Source of the DNA: the human T2T-CHM13v2.0 reference genome, Homo sapiens
Reading direction: 5' to 3'
DNA length: 64,000 nucleotides
Assembly: GCA_009914755.4 (NCBI GenBank)
Contig: CP068257.2
Span: forward strand, 2,816,001 to 2,880,000
Part shown: one piece after another, positions 13,005 to 29,510 of the stretch
Layout of the letters: every line of letters starts with the position of its first letter
Position numbering within the stretch: the first letter of the stretch is position 1
Position numbers and translations under genes: made by a program
Notes under the pieces: generated by a model
Seen by the model: only the letters and a program-made list of their open reading frames with translations
Told to the model about the DNA's origin: nothing
Databases searched by the model: none

Positions 13005-15123
13005 ATAATTTCCTCTCTTTTAAACCTTAGATTTGAATGATTTTTGCTGGATTCTTCAAACATGAAGTATTTTTTAAATTGAAAACTAATTGAATGACTT
13101 TAACTGGTAAGTAGAAGTCTTAGACCATTGACTAAAAGCTAAGGCTAACGTTGACCCTGCAAAAGGGGGCCACTGAAGGCCCAGTTGATTATTCCTGGGT
13201 GTCTGCCCTGCAGACATCAAAGTCTGCTCACACCAACCATAGAAGGAGCCTTTGTCACTGTCAGAAGATACAGAGCTTTGGTAAGCTGGAAGTTCACAGG
13301 CAGATGCAGTTGGGGTTGACATAGAAGAAATGTTGGGATATTCTTTCTAGAATGGAGTTGTTATTGTCCTGAGACTGTTTATAGACTTTGTATAAGAAGT
13401 TACTTAAGAAGTGTTGTAACAAGGAAAAAGTACAAATGATTAGATCTTTGAGGATCTCAAACGTTAGGTGGAAAAGGGTTTTATTTCATAAGGAGGAGAA
13501 AACAAGTTTACAAAGAAGGTTGGAAGGGAAGCACAGGATGGAGGGTAGCAAAATCAGATCCCAGATAAGATAATGTTTCATCTTGAAGTCAGCCTGTTCT
13601 TAGGAGGGATATGTATAAATATGGGTTGTAGGTTCTCTGAGGCTGTGGGTGAGTCAAAGTTCAGGGGCTGAGGGAAGAAGGGGAACAAGCAAAGTTTTGT
13701 TAACAAGTACTCTGTTTTGACCACTGAAGACTAAATTACAGAATGGTTGTTCATTTTTAAAAATAGGAATTTGTAATCTGTGTCCGTCTTTGTGATAGGT
13801 TAAAAAAAAAAGGGGGGGAACATCCACAAAGTCATAATGGGAAGCACGTTTCTCTTCACTAAGCTGTTCTTTGAGAACACAAAGAATGGGGGAATTTCTT
13901 TAAATATAGCTATTTCCAGGATTACCTTCACCCACAACTGTTCCTTTTCCTAGACATCTCTTTCATTTGTCAGCTTCTGAGTTGTATTTTTATAATAAAG
14001 TGGTAAATATAATTAGACTTATTTGTTGAGTTTTTTTGAGTAATTCAATCAAATTATTTAACTTGAAAAGGGGTTTATGGGAGTCTCAGATTTATAGGCA
14101 GTAGCTCAGAAGTATAGATGGGCTTCTGGGACATGTGACTAACCTCTGCAGTGAGAGGGGTGATGTGGGACTGAGCCCTGAATTTGTGGGATCTGTGCGA
14201 ACTCTAAGTTGTGTCAGAATTAAATTTTGGGGCAAGAAATGGGTGTTGGAGAAGCAGTGGGTTTTCAGGGAACTTTACACATTTAGGATCAAAAGTGTTG
14301 TAAGGAGAAACACAATGTGGGGGCCTTTGCTGGAGAGAGACTCCAGGTGTCTCGGGGAAGGTAGACTCTGCTCTGCACACAGGCTGCTACGCCATGCACT
14401 GCCCTGTGGTTCCAGGCATCCTCCCATGGTAAGAAGGACCGACGACTCTGAGGGAACAAGTTCTGAGAACAGATGCCTTCTACCCTCCTGCCAACCTGAG
14501 GCCACCACATGTTTTTCACCCACTGAACATATGATGTGGTCAAGCCCCTCCCAGCACAGGGCTTCGGCATAAAGATTGTGGCCCATGCTACCTATCCTCA
14601 TAGACTTTCCCACCAAAAAGCTACACACGTGCCTACAAGACCCCTGGCATATGTTCTACCTCAGACACCGAATCTGCAGGGGCAACATAGTTTTTTCACC
14701 ATCCCAGATTTCTGTGCCACCTGATCATAATCTCGTCTTCCTGCATGAACGTAGAAATAACTCATAGAAAAGTTTCACCTGGTTCAGTATCTGTAGCATG
14801 AACCAGTCCTTCCACCAACCCTGTACTGTCTCCCAATTGTGGGTTCTTAATAGCACCTTCCCCTCTTTTACCTTTTAGTTCACCTCAAACTCTTTCTTTT
14901 ATGTGCACACAGTGTGCCCAAGGCCACCCCTCAGTTGCCTGAATCCAGCACCTACCAAAATTCAGATGTCCAGTAGTTCAAGACCATGGGCCTAGATTAA
15001 GTTTTTGTAGAAGGCAATACAAATTAGAAATGAGAGACTCTATTCTCCCATTTGAAAATAAAAAAAGATTTTTTTCTTTTCCCTTTTCTTAAACAATGTA
15101 ATCTGGAAAACTTTTATTAGTAA

Positions 15124-15276
15124 TTTTTTGAGGCAGAATCTTACTCTTTTACTCAGCCTGAAGTGCAACGGCATAATCATAGCTCACTGTAACCTTAACC
15201 TCTTGGGTTTGAGCAGTCCTCCTGCATCAACCGCTTAATTACCTAGGACTATAGGCATGAACCACCATGACTGGCT
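15124..15276 (-). mobile_element. Alu partial (reverse)
   Basis: 'tttttgaggcagaatcttactcttttactcagcctgaagtgcaacggcataatcatagctcactgtaacc...gcatgaaccaccatgactggc'. Confidence 0.8.
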
Positions 15277-15295
15277 AGCTTTATTTATTTTTGTT

Positions 15296-15735
<440 letters not shown>

Positions 15736-15926
15736 TGGAAAACTTTTATATGTACCTTTTTTTCTCTGCTTCTTTGAAATATAAGCAAATCATTTTAACA
15801 GCTAAATAAGCCTTTTGTCATTCTTCATGACAGAGAATTGTCTTTATCTAAGACCTGGAAACTATTGCTTTGTTTTTTAATTTGGCAAAGATTTATTTAT
15901 TTTTTATTTTCAGTCCTTTGAAGTAG

Positions 15927-16226
15927 GCACAGCGCAGTACAGTGGCTCATGTTTTTAATCCTAGTGCTTTGGGAGGCTGAGATGAGAGAATTGCTTGGGC
16001 CCAGGAGTTTGAGACCAGCCTGGGCAGCATAATGAGACACTTTCCTTATAACAAATTAAAATCAACTAGCAGGGCATGGTGACACAGGAGGCTGAGGTGA
16101 GAGAATCATTTGAGCTCAAGAGTTTGAGGCTGCAATGAGCCATGATCACACCACTCTACCACTGTACTCCAGCTTGGATGACAGAGGGAGACCCTGTCTC
16201 TAAATAAATAAGCAAATAAAAAAATG
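15927..16226 (+). mobile_element. Alu (forward)
   Basis: 'ggcacagcgcagtacagtggctcatgtttttaatcctagtgctttgggaggctgag...cactgtactccagcttggatgacagagggagaccctgtctc' followed by an A-rich tail. Confidence 0.9.
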
Positions 16227-17200
16227 TGTTTTTCCATACATAAAAATAAGTTAATAAACAGATAAATAAAATAGACATGGATTTGCTTAGAATAAAGCTA
16301 ATTATAAGATAACAGAAAAGTGAGCACCAAAGATGGGGTTCACCTTAGCAAGTGATTCCAGCCTATTAGGACACTCACAGAATTTTCCCTGCAGCATGAC
16401 CGACATGAAAGTAGAATGTCATCATGTCAGGCTGTACCAGCTTTGGAAGACTAAACACTGTGGGGAAGAACCTCCCTTATGGAATATTATCAACAGGTGA
16501 GAGCCCAGCTCCTGCCCTGATGGGCTACAGAGATGAATTCTTGAGATAACACATTGCAGAAACATGCATAGAGTAGTTTAACCTTTTTTGTGTGTAACCC
16601 TTTCTCCATTTTCCTGCGAAATCCTCCCTAGTAATAGTGTTAGCTTTTAAGTTTTGAGGGTCTGGTAGGACTGAAGCTGCATGCTGCAGGAGATACCTGG
16701 GGCAGGAAACTAATACAAACTGCAGCCACAGGCACAAATACTCATGGTCTAATGTAAAGTGAAAACAATAGAAAGGTCTTTACTGTTATTCACCCAAGTG
16801 AGTGAACAGAGACTTTCCATATAACCAACTTGCCACTGAGACTAATGAAGGCCAGATTCCACTGGATCAAGAATATGAGTTACTCATGGGAAGATCACAG
16901 GACACAGCCCAGAGAGTTTTCATATTGGAGTCTGGGTACTGGATCTGTCCCGGTCTTCTTGGGTTTCTGTCTGTAGAGACCGCTATGTGGCTGCTCTTAC
17001 CACAGCCCGGTGCTGGCTGTGGTTGCTGGTTTAGTGCACCTGCTCTTTTTCCAAAAAGAGGGAGGAGTTGGCCACATCAAGCAGCTCCTAATCAATCTGA
17101 ATGCAGCTCTGTAAAAAGTGCCTAGAAACCATGCAAAGAAAAGTCAGTGGTCTGCCTTGTTTTCACCGTATGTGACACCTCCACTAGAAATTCTGCTTTT

Positions 17201-17247
17201 CTCTGCACTGCAGCCTGGGTGACAGAGCGAGGCTTCCTCAAAAAACA
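17201..17247 (+). mobile_element. 5'-truncated Alu 3'-end fragment
   Basis: 'ctctgcactgcagcctgggtgacagagcgaggcttcctcaaaaaa' is the extreme 3' end of Alu. A 12-bp TSD 'agaaattctgct' lies at 17186-17197 and 17445-17456. Confidence 0.85.
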
Positions 17248-17313
17248 AAAAGAAAAAGAAAAAGAGAGAAAGAAAGACATAAGGAAGTAAGGAAGAAGAA
17301 AGAAAGAAAGAAA

Positions 17314-17373
<60 letters not shown>

Positions 17374-17444
17374 AGAAAGAAAGAAAGAAAGAAAGAAGAA
17401 AGAAAAAGAAAGAAAGAAAATAAAAGAGAAAAGAAAAGAAAAGA
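17248..17444. repeat. (GAAA)n/(AAAG)n tetranucleotide microsatellite (about 200 bp) grown from the Alu A-tail
   Basis: Long, nearly pure run of 'gaaagaaagaaa...' immediately 3' of the Alu fragment and inside its TSDs. Confidence 0.95.
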
Positions 17445-18585
17445 AATTCTGCTCTTCAGATTAGGCACATAAGGAGAATCTGTATAAATCTCCAGCAAGG
17501 AAGGAAACCAGAGGACAAGTTAAAGTCTTGGAATTCACATCTGAGTACACAGACTCGGTCTCCAACCCTCTTCTTTTTATTCTGCCAGCTATGGCCTAGG
17601 TATGAACATGACAAGTACACAAGAGTTCCAACACCTGACAATCTGCTTCAATAAAAGAAGAGTGCCCTCCCTCTTGCTCCCCATACAACTCATGGTACTA
17701 AGAAATGGTGTGGGTCTTCCCAGATGAGTTGACAAGAGAGGCCTGGCTCTGGGGCCTGTCCTGGGCTGCCCTGTGTTATTTGTAGGTGCACCCGGCCAAT
17801 AGCCAGGGGCATCAATGATGAGGCCTGAGTTGACATCCGTGTTTTCAGATAAGGCTTTTGCACTGAGCCTTTGTAAGGTCAAAACTCAGAAATTTCAGGG
17901 CACAATGAAAGAACATCTCACTCTCTTGAGCATCTCTCACTAACAGCGGTGGATACAGAGCTGTCTCAAGAATGTGGGTTCCTGGTTTCTTAACTGATGT
18001 TGGGTTGTCACCAAGAAAGTGTGTTAAACTCTTCAAGGTTCCATCTACTGGGTCCCTTCTTTCTGTAAGACCTACCCAAAGGTCGCACTATGCTACTAAC
18101 TGCTCAGTCTCCTCTTCTATGTCAACTCTTCATTTGTACACAAATATGCAAACAAAACTTCCCCTTAATTCCCTGGAAAGAACTAAATGCAGCCTGGGTT
18201 CCAGGATATAAGAGACAGCTGGAACATAAACTTGTTTTTCTTACCATCTCTGGGACCTAATAAAAGTCACTGTGTATTTGAGGCTTCCCCAGCCTCCTAG
18301 CATGCACACTGGGGATGATGCTAACATCTACTTCCTAGGGATTGTATTAGATGTATATAAGATAAAACATAAAAATCATGATGTGGTGTTACCTGTAGAT
18401 AATGCACACACTTAGAGATGGAAGCATTAGGAGAATACGTAGGAGGTAGCATGGGCCACAACTCAAACAGTCCTGGGTCTGGCAGGGTGATCTTGGGAAT
18501 GTCACTTCTCCACTGGGCTTCATTTTCATTCTGCTCCAGTATGAAGTTGAAATTAAATGTAGATACTGTCCTCTGACATTCATAT

Positions 18586-18915
18586 AGTTTAGCTGTGTGT
18601 TCCACCCAAACTTCTCTGTGTATTATAACTGCCAGGTGTTAAGGGAGAAACCTGAGGGGAGATGATTGGATTATCGGGACGGGTTCTCCTCATGCTGTTC
18701 TTGTGATAGTGAGTTCTCATGAGATCTGATAGTTTCATAAGCATCTGGTATATCCCCTGCTCTCACTCACTTCACTTGTCAGCCACTGTAATTGGAAGGT
18801 TTCTGAGGTGCCCCTCCAATTATGTGGAACTGTGAGTCAATTAAACTTCTTTTCTTTATCAATTACCCAGTCTCAGGTACTTCCTCATTGCAGTATGAGA
18901 ATGATCTAATACAGC
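18586..18915 (+). mobile_element. MaLR solo LTR, THE1/MST-like
   Basis: 'gctgtgtgttccacccaaa...gatctgatagtttcataag...tgtggaactgtgagtcaattaaacttcttttctttatcaattacccagtctcaggtac...agtatgagaatgatctaatacag' matches the THE1/MST LTR consensus pattern. It is absent from the homologous position of copy B. Confidence 0.7.
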
Positions 18916-19559
18916 CATTCAACTTTCTAGTGCTTTCTCCTTATATTTAGAATCATATCCATGTGCCTTCTCACGTCTATGACAGGGGAAGTCTTCACAA
19001 AATCTCACAGTACTAGGTGGTTAGTGACTCAGTTTTTTATTGAATAAAATGGCCTACTGCCTGATGACAGTAGTATGGCCCTTGGGTTTTGACGAAAATA
19101 TCATGTTGTAGGTTGGCCAACAAGGAGATAGCAGTCCAGCTGAAATTTGTTTTTTTATACTGGCTTTAAGACAGTGATTAGAAAAGGCCTAAGAGGTGGG
19201 TTCTGTAAGGGATTGCTGGAAGGAAAGTAGGAATATGGAAAGTAATGAGACATATACAGTCATCTCTTCTTGCTTCCTCTCAGGTCACATGCAAATTCAG
19301 GGAGAGTTAGTATGAAACACACAATGGAAATTTGGGCTCTAACATATGCAATCTGATTCTTCATGGACTTCATTTGGCCATATCAGTTCCAACAATTTCA
19401 GCCAATGTTTAAAAATCTTATAAGCAGATAAAATTTTAGTGTTTCAACAAGCCATTTCCTATCTTTCATTCTGAAAATCCATTTTAAGTCATTTTTTTTA
19501 ACAGCATAGGGGTACAAATTCAGCTTCTGTCCAATGAAATACAGAAAAGGATATCACTT

Positions 19560-20217
<658 letters not shown>

Positions 20218-22889
20218 GTCAAGATTTTTTTAAAGCTCTCATTTTCCTCCCACTGGGTTTTTCCTGTTTGCAACCTCAATCTTTCTCTGTCTCTTTTTGT
20301 GTACACCTTTTTGTCTAATTCTCTCTCTCTATTGTATACCTCAAACACAGGAAGCAAGCTTCAATGCTATGAGATGCTCCATGTAGAGACCCACATAACA
20401 GAGAGCTGAGGGGGTGCTCAGACCAGTAGAAAGAAGGAAAGTCAGGCTCTCCAGCCACACTAAACCCTGCCAATTTTCACATGAGTCAGCTTAAAAGCTC
20501 ATGCTTTCCCAGTCCAGCTTCAGTTAAGACCACAGTCCCAATCTCATAAAAGACGTGAAGGCAGAGGTACCCAACTGAACTGTGTCCAGATTCTGGTCCA
20601 CACAAATTATGAGATATTATATGTTGTTGAAAAGTGCTGACTTTTAGGGCAATGTTGTCAGAAAGGAGCAGATATCTAACCTCATCTCACAGGCCCTAGG
20701 ATTCTCCATCCCTCTACTTATATCTTCCTCAGGCTGTCTGCAGCCAAACTTTCTAACCTCTGCCAAACTCACACCTATGAGTCTCTTCACTAAGGGTGGC
20801 TTCTCCCTGACACATACATGTGCAGAGATGTCTCCCTGTTGTCATCCTTATCATGGATTAAAAGTCACCTCAGTGAGGCCTTAGGTCCTCCCATGCAATA
20901 ATTTTCCAGCTTTTCTTCTCAACATTCCACTTTATATTATAGTCCTTCCTCTTTTCTTTCACATATACTTGCTTTAGTGCTTTTGTCCAGCTGTCCTCAG
21001 ACTGTTTTGTCCTGGGTTGGGGGGTGCAGGCATCATGTAATAATTTTCTGTACCACGTTGCACCCACCTGGTTAGCTGGCAAAGGGTGAGCGCAAGGGAA
21101 AAAAGACTGGCTAAGTGATTATATGGAGGATCTCTAATATCCCTTCCCCTTTTGACCACCTGATAATGTGGAGATCATTGATAACAACATGAGGTGTGTG
21201 ACTCTTACTTGTTCCAGCTGCTCCAGCAAAGCTCAGTGGGCACCAGAAACAGAGCTGGCTGTAACCACCCCCAGGCCATCACTAACTCTATGGCCCAATG
21301 CAGGAGCACTATGGAACAAATCAGGTATCTTGATTTTTCTGTCCTCAAGACACTGGTTCTTCAAGGTCCTAGGGGATAAAGTAGCAGAATCTGAAGGCCC
21401 CAATTACAATGAGTGACCTTGGAATCCCCCTTTGCCTTCTATTTGCCTCTACCTTTTGGGTTGTGCTATTTATCCATGAGATATCCTCCCCTTATCCAGT
21501 GAAATTAGTTTCTACCACTTTCAAATGAGGACCTTAAGAACCCAACAGGAGCTGGGATTTTCCGTGGACTTCAGCCTCAGAGTCCAATGTTCTGGAACAT
21601 TTAGCTCCGTCTCATCTTCATCTACCCAAGATGCCTCTGAAGTGGCCATGCCTCCCTCTGATTTGAAGGACCTACAGAGAGTGGATGCATTTTTGCACAG
21701 TCTCAGAGCAAGAATCAGGGCTGGAAGACACTTATGAGTATGTGAAATCGTCGAGGTCACCCAGTTCAAAGAGCCCTATTTATGAGGAAGAAAACAGGTT
21801 TTCCTGCAGGCATTCTCTACATTAGGCTGAGGTGGAGCATAGCTCATTTTACTTCCAGGTGCCCTCAGAGCTGGATGCAAAACCCCAGTCCTGTCATCTT
21901 GAAATTGACATGGAGAGGTCCCCATGTGAACAGAACCCTGTATCTGCTCATTCTCTGTGCCCCTGAATGTGAAGCTACAGGCTCTAACTTCCAAAGCAAA
22001 CCTGATAGGTGGGATGGAGCCAAGGCCTAGGAAGCTGGAGCTCTCTCTAATGCTCTGGAGCCTGCCCACCTCCTGAGATCTGGATCAGTCCCTGCCTCTT
22101 TTGGGGCCTCATTTTCCCAATTGTAATGTAATGAGAAATTAAATGTAAAATTGCATAAGCATATGATCTGTGAGAATTTGGTGTCAGAGTCCTCAATACT
22201 GGATGATATATTTTGGTGGGAGGGGTTTGGGCCCCAGAGGTTCTCGGGACTCCTGACATATCCATTGCAGTAGGTGTAGAGCTCAGGAGATCCAGATCTT
22301 CTTTCCTGAGCCAGCTGATTACAATACAATGTACCACGGGCTATGATCTTAAATATGATTTCACAGGATTCCCCACCTTCAGCCACCATCTGCTCTGTGC
22401 TTCCCTTATTTTGGGGAGCTGATGACAACCTCCATTATAGTGAGAGAGTCCAAGAAACTAGACTTGTGGACCTGGAGAAAAGAAAAAAACACTTTTCTAT
22501 TTCTCTCAAACTGTAGAATCTGTTGTCAAATATTTAATTTTGATTCCATCTGAGCTTGATAATACGTTCATGTGTTAAGAGCTGCTTAAATTTATTTTTT
22601 CTGTGGTGTGGGATAATGTCTTTTCCCATATTTTAAATCAACTTCTAAAAGCTCTCTTTAAAGTGGAGATGTGAACATCTTTGTGATATAAACTGCACAT
22701 ATTTGTTGCAAGATTGTTCTTTTTCTCTTTGTTAAAATGTTTTGTTTTATTCTGGTTTGGATGTCCTTCAGGGTTTTGTTTTGTGGCTATTTATTACTAC
22801 AATGCAACTTCTCCCCTAATTGACTGACAGGTTTGTACATTCTCAATAAAATATTTTGGTAAAGTCTTTGTAAAAACTGTGTAGACAAT

Positions 22890-25800
22890 TTTACAGTTTT
22901 CATAAACATAAAACAGTCAAGACTGTCATGATGAAAAAGAAAGATTGAGGGCTTAAAAATTAAAATATGACACAGCTAAAGTAGTGTGCAAAGGGAAATT
23001 TATGGCACTAAATGCCCACAAGAGAAAGCAGAAAAGGTCTAAAATCGGCATCATAATATCACAATTAAAAATCTAGGGAAGCAAGAGCAAACAAATTCAA
23101 AAGCTAGCAGAAGACAAGAAATAATTAAGATCACAGCAGAACTGAAGGAGATAGACACACAAAAAGCCCGTCCAAAAAATCAACGAATCCAGGAGCTGTT
23201 TTTTTGAAAAGATCAAGAAATAAATAAACTGCTAGCCAGAGTAATAAGGAAGAAGAGAAGAATCAAATACATGCAATAGGAAATGATAAAGGGGATATAA
23301 CCATTGATCCACAGAAATAAAAATTACCATTAGAGAATATTATAAAAAACTCTTTGCAAATTAACTAGAAAATCTAGACGAAATGGATAAATTCCTGGAC
23401 ACATATACCCTCCCAAGTCCAAACCAGTAAGAAGTCGAATCCCTGAATATGCCAATAACAAGTTCTAAAATTGAGGCAGTAACTAATAGCCTACCAACCA
23501 AAAGAAGTCCAGGACCAGAAGGATTCACAGCCGAATTCTACCAAAGGTACAAAGAGGAGCTGGTACCATTCCTTCTGGAACTATTTCAAACAATAGAAAA
23601 GAGGTACTCCTCCTTAACTAATTTTATGCATCCAGCATCATCCTAAAATCAAAACTTGGCAAAGACACACCAGAAAAAGAAAATTTCAGGCCCGTATCCC
23701 TGATGAATATCGATGTGAAAATCCTCAATAAAATACTGGCAAACCGAATCCAGCAACACATCAAAAAGCTTATCCACCACGATCTAGTCAGCTTAATCCC
23801 TCGGATGCAAAGCTTGTTCAACATATGCAAATCAATAAATGTAATCCATCACATAAACAGAACTAATGACAAAAACCACATGATTATCTCAATAGATGCA
23901 AAAAAGGCCTTCAGCAAAATTCAACACCTCTTCATGGTAAAAACTCTCAATGAATTATGTATTGATGGAACTTATCTCAACATAATAAGAGCTATTTATG
24001 ACAAACGCACAGCCAATATACTGAATGGGAAAAAACTTGAAACATTCCTTTTGAAAATCTGCACAAAACAAGAATACCCTCTCTCACCACTCCTATTCAA
24101 TATAGTATTGGAAATTCTGGCCAGGGCAATCAGTCAAGAGAAAGAAACAAAGCGTAATCAAATAGGAAGAGGAACTCAAGTTGTCTCTGTTTGCAGCTGA
24201 CATGATTGTATATTTAGAAAACCCCATCGTCTCAGCCCAAAATCTCCTTAAACCAATATGCAACTTCAAAAAAGTCTCAGTATACAAAATCAGTGTTCAA
24301 AAATCACAAGAATTCCTATACACAATAATAGACAAACAGAGAGCCAAATCATGCATGAACTCTCATTCACAATTGTTACAAAGAGAATAAAATACCTAGG
24401 AATCCAACTTAAAAGGGATGGGAAGGACTTCTTCAAGGAGATCTACAAACCACTGCTCAAGGAAATAAGAGAGGACACAAACAAATGAAAAACAATCCGT
24501 GCTCATGGATAGGAAGAATCAATATTGTGAAAATGGCCATACTGCCCAAAGTAATTTATAAATTCAGTGTTATCCCCATCAAGCTCCCATTGACTTTCTT
24601 TACATAATTAGAAAAAAAACTACTTTAAATTTCATATGGAATCAAAAAAGATCCTGCATAGACAAGACAATCCTAAGCAAAAAGAACAAAAGTGGAGGCA
24701 TCACGCTAGCTATCTTCAAACTATACTAAAAGGCCACAGTAACCAAGACAGTATGGTACTGGTACCAAAACAGATATATTGACAAATGGAACAGAACAGA
24801 GGCCCCAGAAATAACATCAAACATCTACAACCATCTGATCTTTGATGAACCTGACAAAAACAAGTAATGGGGAAAGGATTCCTTATTTAATAAATGGTGT
24901 TGGGAAAACTAGATAGCCATATGCAAAAAAATGAAACTGGACGTCTTCCTTACTAGTTATACAAAAATTAACTGAAGATGGATTAAAGACTTAAATGTAA
25001 GACTTAAAACCATAAAAACCCCCTAAAAAACAAAGGCATTACCATTCAGGACATAGGCGTGGGCAAAGACTTCATGACTAAAACAGCAAAAACAATGGCA
25101 ACAAAAGCCAAAATTGACAAACGAGATGTAATTAAAGTAAAGAGCTTCTTCACAACAAAAGAAACTATCATCAGAGTGAACAGGCAACCCACAGAAAGGG
25201 AGAAAATTTATGCAATCTATCCATCTGACAATGGGCTAATATGCAGAATCTACAAAAAACTTAAGCAAATTTACAAGAAAAAAACAAACAACCATATCAA
25301 AAATGGGCAAAGGACATGAACAGACACTTCTGAAAAGAAGACATTTATGCAGCCAACAAACATATGAAAAAAAAACTCATCATCACTGGTCATTAGATAA
25401 ATGCAAATCAAAAACACAATGAGAAACCATCTCACTCCAGTTAGAATGGTGATCATTGGAAAAATCAGGAAACAACAGATGCTGGAGAGGATGTGGAGAA
25501 ATAGGAACACTTTTACACTGTTGGTGAGAGTGTAAATTAGTTCAACCATTGTGGAAGACAGTATGGCAATTCCTCAAGGATCTACAATGAGAAATACCAT
25601 TTGATCCAGCAATCCCATTACTGGGTATATAACCAAATGATTATAAATTATTCTACTACTTAGACACATGCAAACATATGTTTATTATGGCACTGTGCAC
25701 AAGAGCAAAAACTTTGAACCAAACCAAATGCCCATCAGTGATAGAATGAATAAAGAAAATGTGGCATGTATACATCATGGAATACAATGCAGTCATAAAA

Positions 25801-26025
25801 AGGATGAGTTCATGTCCTTTGCAGGGACATGGATGAAGCTGGAAACCACCATTCTCAGCAAACTAACACAAGAGTAGAAAAGCAAACATCACATGTTCTC
25901 TCTCACAGTTGGGAGATAAACAAAGAGAACACAGGGACACAGGAAGGGGAACACCACACACTGGAGCCTGTCAGGAAGTGGGGGACTATGGGAGGGATAG
26001 CATTAGAAGATATATTCCTGGCCTA
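22890..26025 (+). mobile_element. LINE-1, 5'-truncated (ORF2 mid-region to 3'UTR), L1PA/PB-like, degraded
   Basis: Tracked ORFs are L1 ORF2 pieces. 23449-23646 reads '...[26 protein letters not shown]' and 23703-24200 reads '...[15 protein letters not shown]...[18 protein letters not shown]', which is the reverse-transcriptase domain. The 3' end reads '...gggggactatgggagggatagcattagaagatat'. Multiple stops and frameshifts are present. Confidence 0.9.
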
Positions 26026-27231
26026 GGCCACTATTGCGATTTTCTAAATTTTGTTTCAAAAACATGATGTTTCAAAAATTGTTATTGATATGTAATTATA
26101 CAAATATATAGTTCAGAAAAAAGAATCAACATTAATTATGCTTTTTCCAAAATACTTTATGGTTTTGAGCTCTTCTAGCAGTGACATTTTTGCTGTAGGT
26201 AGTTGCTCTATATCTGGTATATTCATCATAGCATCCTTTGTACCCTTTACACTTATCCTTCAACTTCCCACTCTCCTTAAGTGTAAATTTTCAAGGCCAG
26301 AGCTCCCATATCTTCCCAATATTACCTTTTGAAAAGAAGCTCCTATGTACTGTTTTCTCTGGTTCTTGTTGGATATAATGCTAAAAGAGCTGGAAAATAA
26401 TAATTTTTTAAAAAATTCGGTGATGAAATTAAGGTAAATATATTTTATAAATCTAATGAACAAAATGAGGCCAGCTGAGAACACAATGATAGTTGAAGAA
26501 GAACCTGAGATCCTGTTTCTCTCAATGGATGTATGAACTTAACTGCAATTGGGTGAGCAAAGCCAGTTGAGTTTGTAGCACCCCTCATGAGAAAAAAGCC
26601 AACTATAACCACATTTAGAAGAAAGAAAATTTGGTTACATTTGTGCACTACAGAACAGTGCAGTTAGATAAAATTCTGTCCATTCCATGATTCTCCCTCG
26701 GGAAAGAAAACAGAGTGAAACGTGTATGCAAACTTCTGACTTATTGATTTATACCTTTAACATTTAGTGTTGACCAGAATAGAGATAGAGTTTAAATGAC
26801 AGCTTGGGTCGACTGAGAATAAAGATAAATGTTTCTTACAACAAAGAGACTGTAGTGCCTGCAACAGTGACAAAGAGAAGAGACTAAAGGCTCCTAAGAG
26901 GAAAGAGAGGTAAACCTTATTAACAAGAAAATACATACAGTAGTCCAAAGAAGACACATTTTGACAACAGATTGGAGAAGCTCCCGGAATGACTAGTGTG
27001 GCTGAATATTGTCAATTTTCCCATGTACAAGCTTTTTCATAAAGGATAAAATAGGTAGTGGTTTCTTAATTGACCAAAACCTTAACAAAACCACAGTACA
27101 TAAAAGCAACCAGGAAATATAGCCTAATGAAACGAGAAAAATATATATTCAAGTGACCCTAAAGAAGTGGAGATCTATGAATTATTTTTTAACTTAAAAT
27201 CATTTTATTTTTCTTTATTTTTTCATTTTAT

Positions 27232-27504
27232 ACACAGGATCTTACTCTATCTCCTGGGACAGATTGCAGTGGTGCAATCACAGCTCACTGTAACCTCAAA
27301 TTTCTGAAGTAAAGCAGTCATGCCTCCTATGTCTCCTGAGTAAATATGACCACAGTTGGGCACACTACCACACCTGTATAGTTTCTTTAAAAGAATCTGT
27401 ACAAACAGAATGTTGTTATGTTGCCTCGGCTGGTCTCAAACTCCTGGTCTCAGGCAATCCTACTGCCTCAGTCTGAAAGTGCTGGCATGAGCCACCATAC
27501 CTGG
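27232..27504 (-). mobile_element. Alu (old, AluJ-like, reverse)
   Basis: 'caggatcttactctatctcctgggacagattgcagtggtgcaatcacagctcactgtaacctc...ctggtctcaaactcctggtctcaggcaatcctactgcctcagtctgaaagtgctggcatgagccaccatacctgg'. The copy is highly diverged. Confidence 0.85.
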
Positions 27505-27559
27505 AATTGTTTCTCTTTTAAGAAAAAAGGACTTTAAATCATTAATAGTAAAATAAAAC

Positions 27560-29105
<1,546 letters not shown>

Positions 29106-29510
29106 TATTAATGCTAAATTGAATTTAAAAAGTGTCACATGTACAGCAATACTACTTAGCAAAAACAACAACAACAAAAAAAAAACTTGTCCTTTGCAGC
29201 AACATTAATACAACTAAAGGTCATTCTACAATCAAATTAATGCAGAAATGGAAAACAAAAATACTGATGTTCTCACTTATAAATGGAAATTAACACTGGG
29301 TACACATGGACATAAAAATAAAAATAAAAGACAACTCTTAGAGGGTGGAGAGAGGGAGGGATCAAGAACTGAAAAACTGTCTATTTAGTACTATGCTCAC
29401 TGCATAAGTGATGGAATTACTTATATTTCAAACCTCAGCACTATACAAAATACCCATGTAAAAAACCTGTGTAGGTACCTCCTAAATCTAAAACAAATTT
29501 GAAATTCTAA
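29106..29510 (+). mobile_element. continuation of the old L1 3'UTR (same element as 27560-28807)
   Basis: L1 3'-end-like sequence resumes immediately after the Alu TSD. Confidence 0.65.

Noticed and set aside
14135-14628. Overlapping opposite-strand ORFs at 14135-14628 (145 aa / 117 aa / 93 aa) and the cluster at 21521-22428 (up to 133 aa) as genes
   Set aside because: They have no family-level similarity that I can recognise. The composition is ordinary and there are mutually overlapping frames on both strands, which is typical of chance ORFs in moderately GC-rich unique DNA. I cannot exclude exons without transcript data.
17238-17498. ORFs composed of repeated residues (17238-17498 FLSFFLSFF...; 49204-49641 and 49211-49558 poly-F/poly-R; 44178-44375; the CVCVCV part of 57505-58080)
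   Set aside because: They are translations of (GAAA)n, (CTT)n, poly(A/T) and (CA)n microsatellites.
23449-24200. ORFs 23449-23646 and 23703-24200 (165 aa) as cellular reverse-transcriptase-like genes
   Set aside because: They are colinear with LINE-1 ORF2 (endonuclease-to-RT linker and RT domain) inside a 5'-truncated, stop-ridden L1. They are mobile-element remnants.
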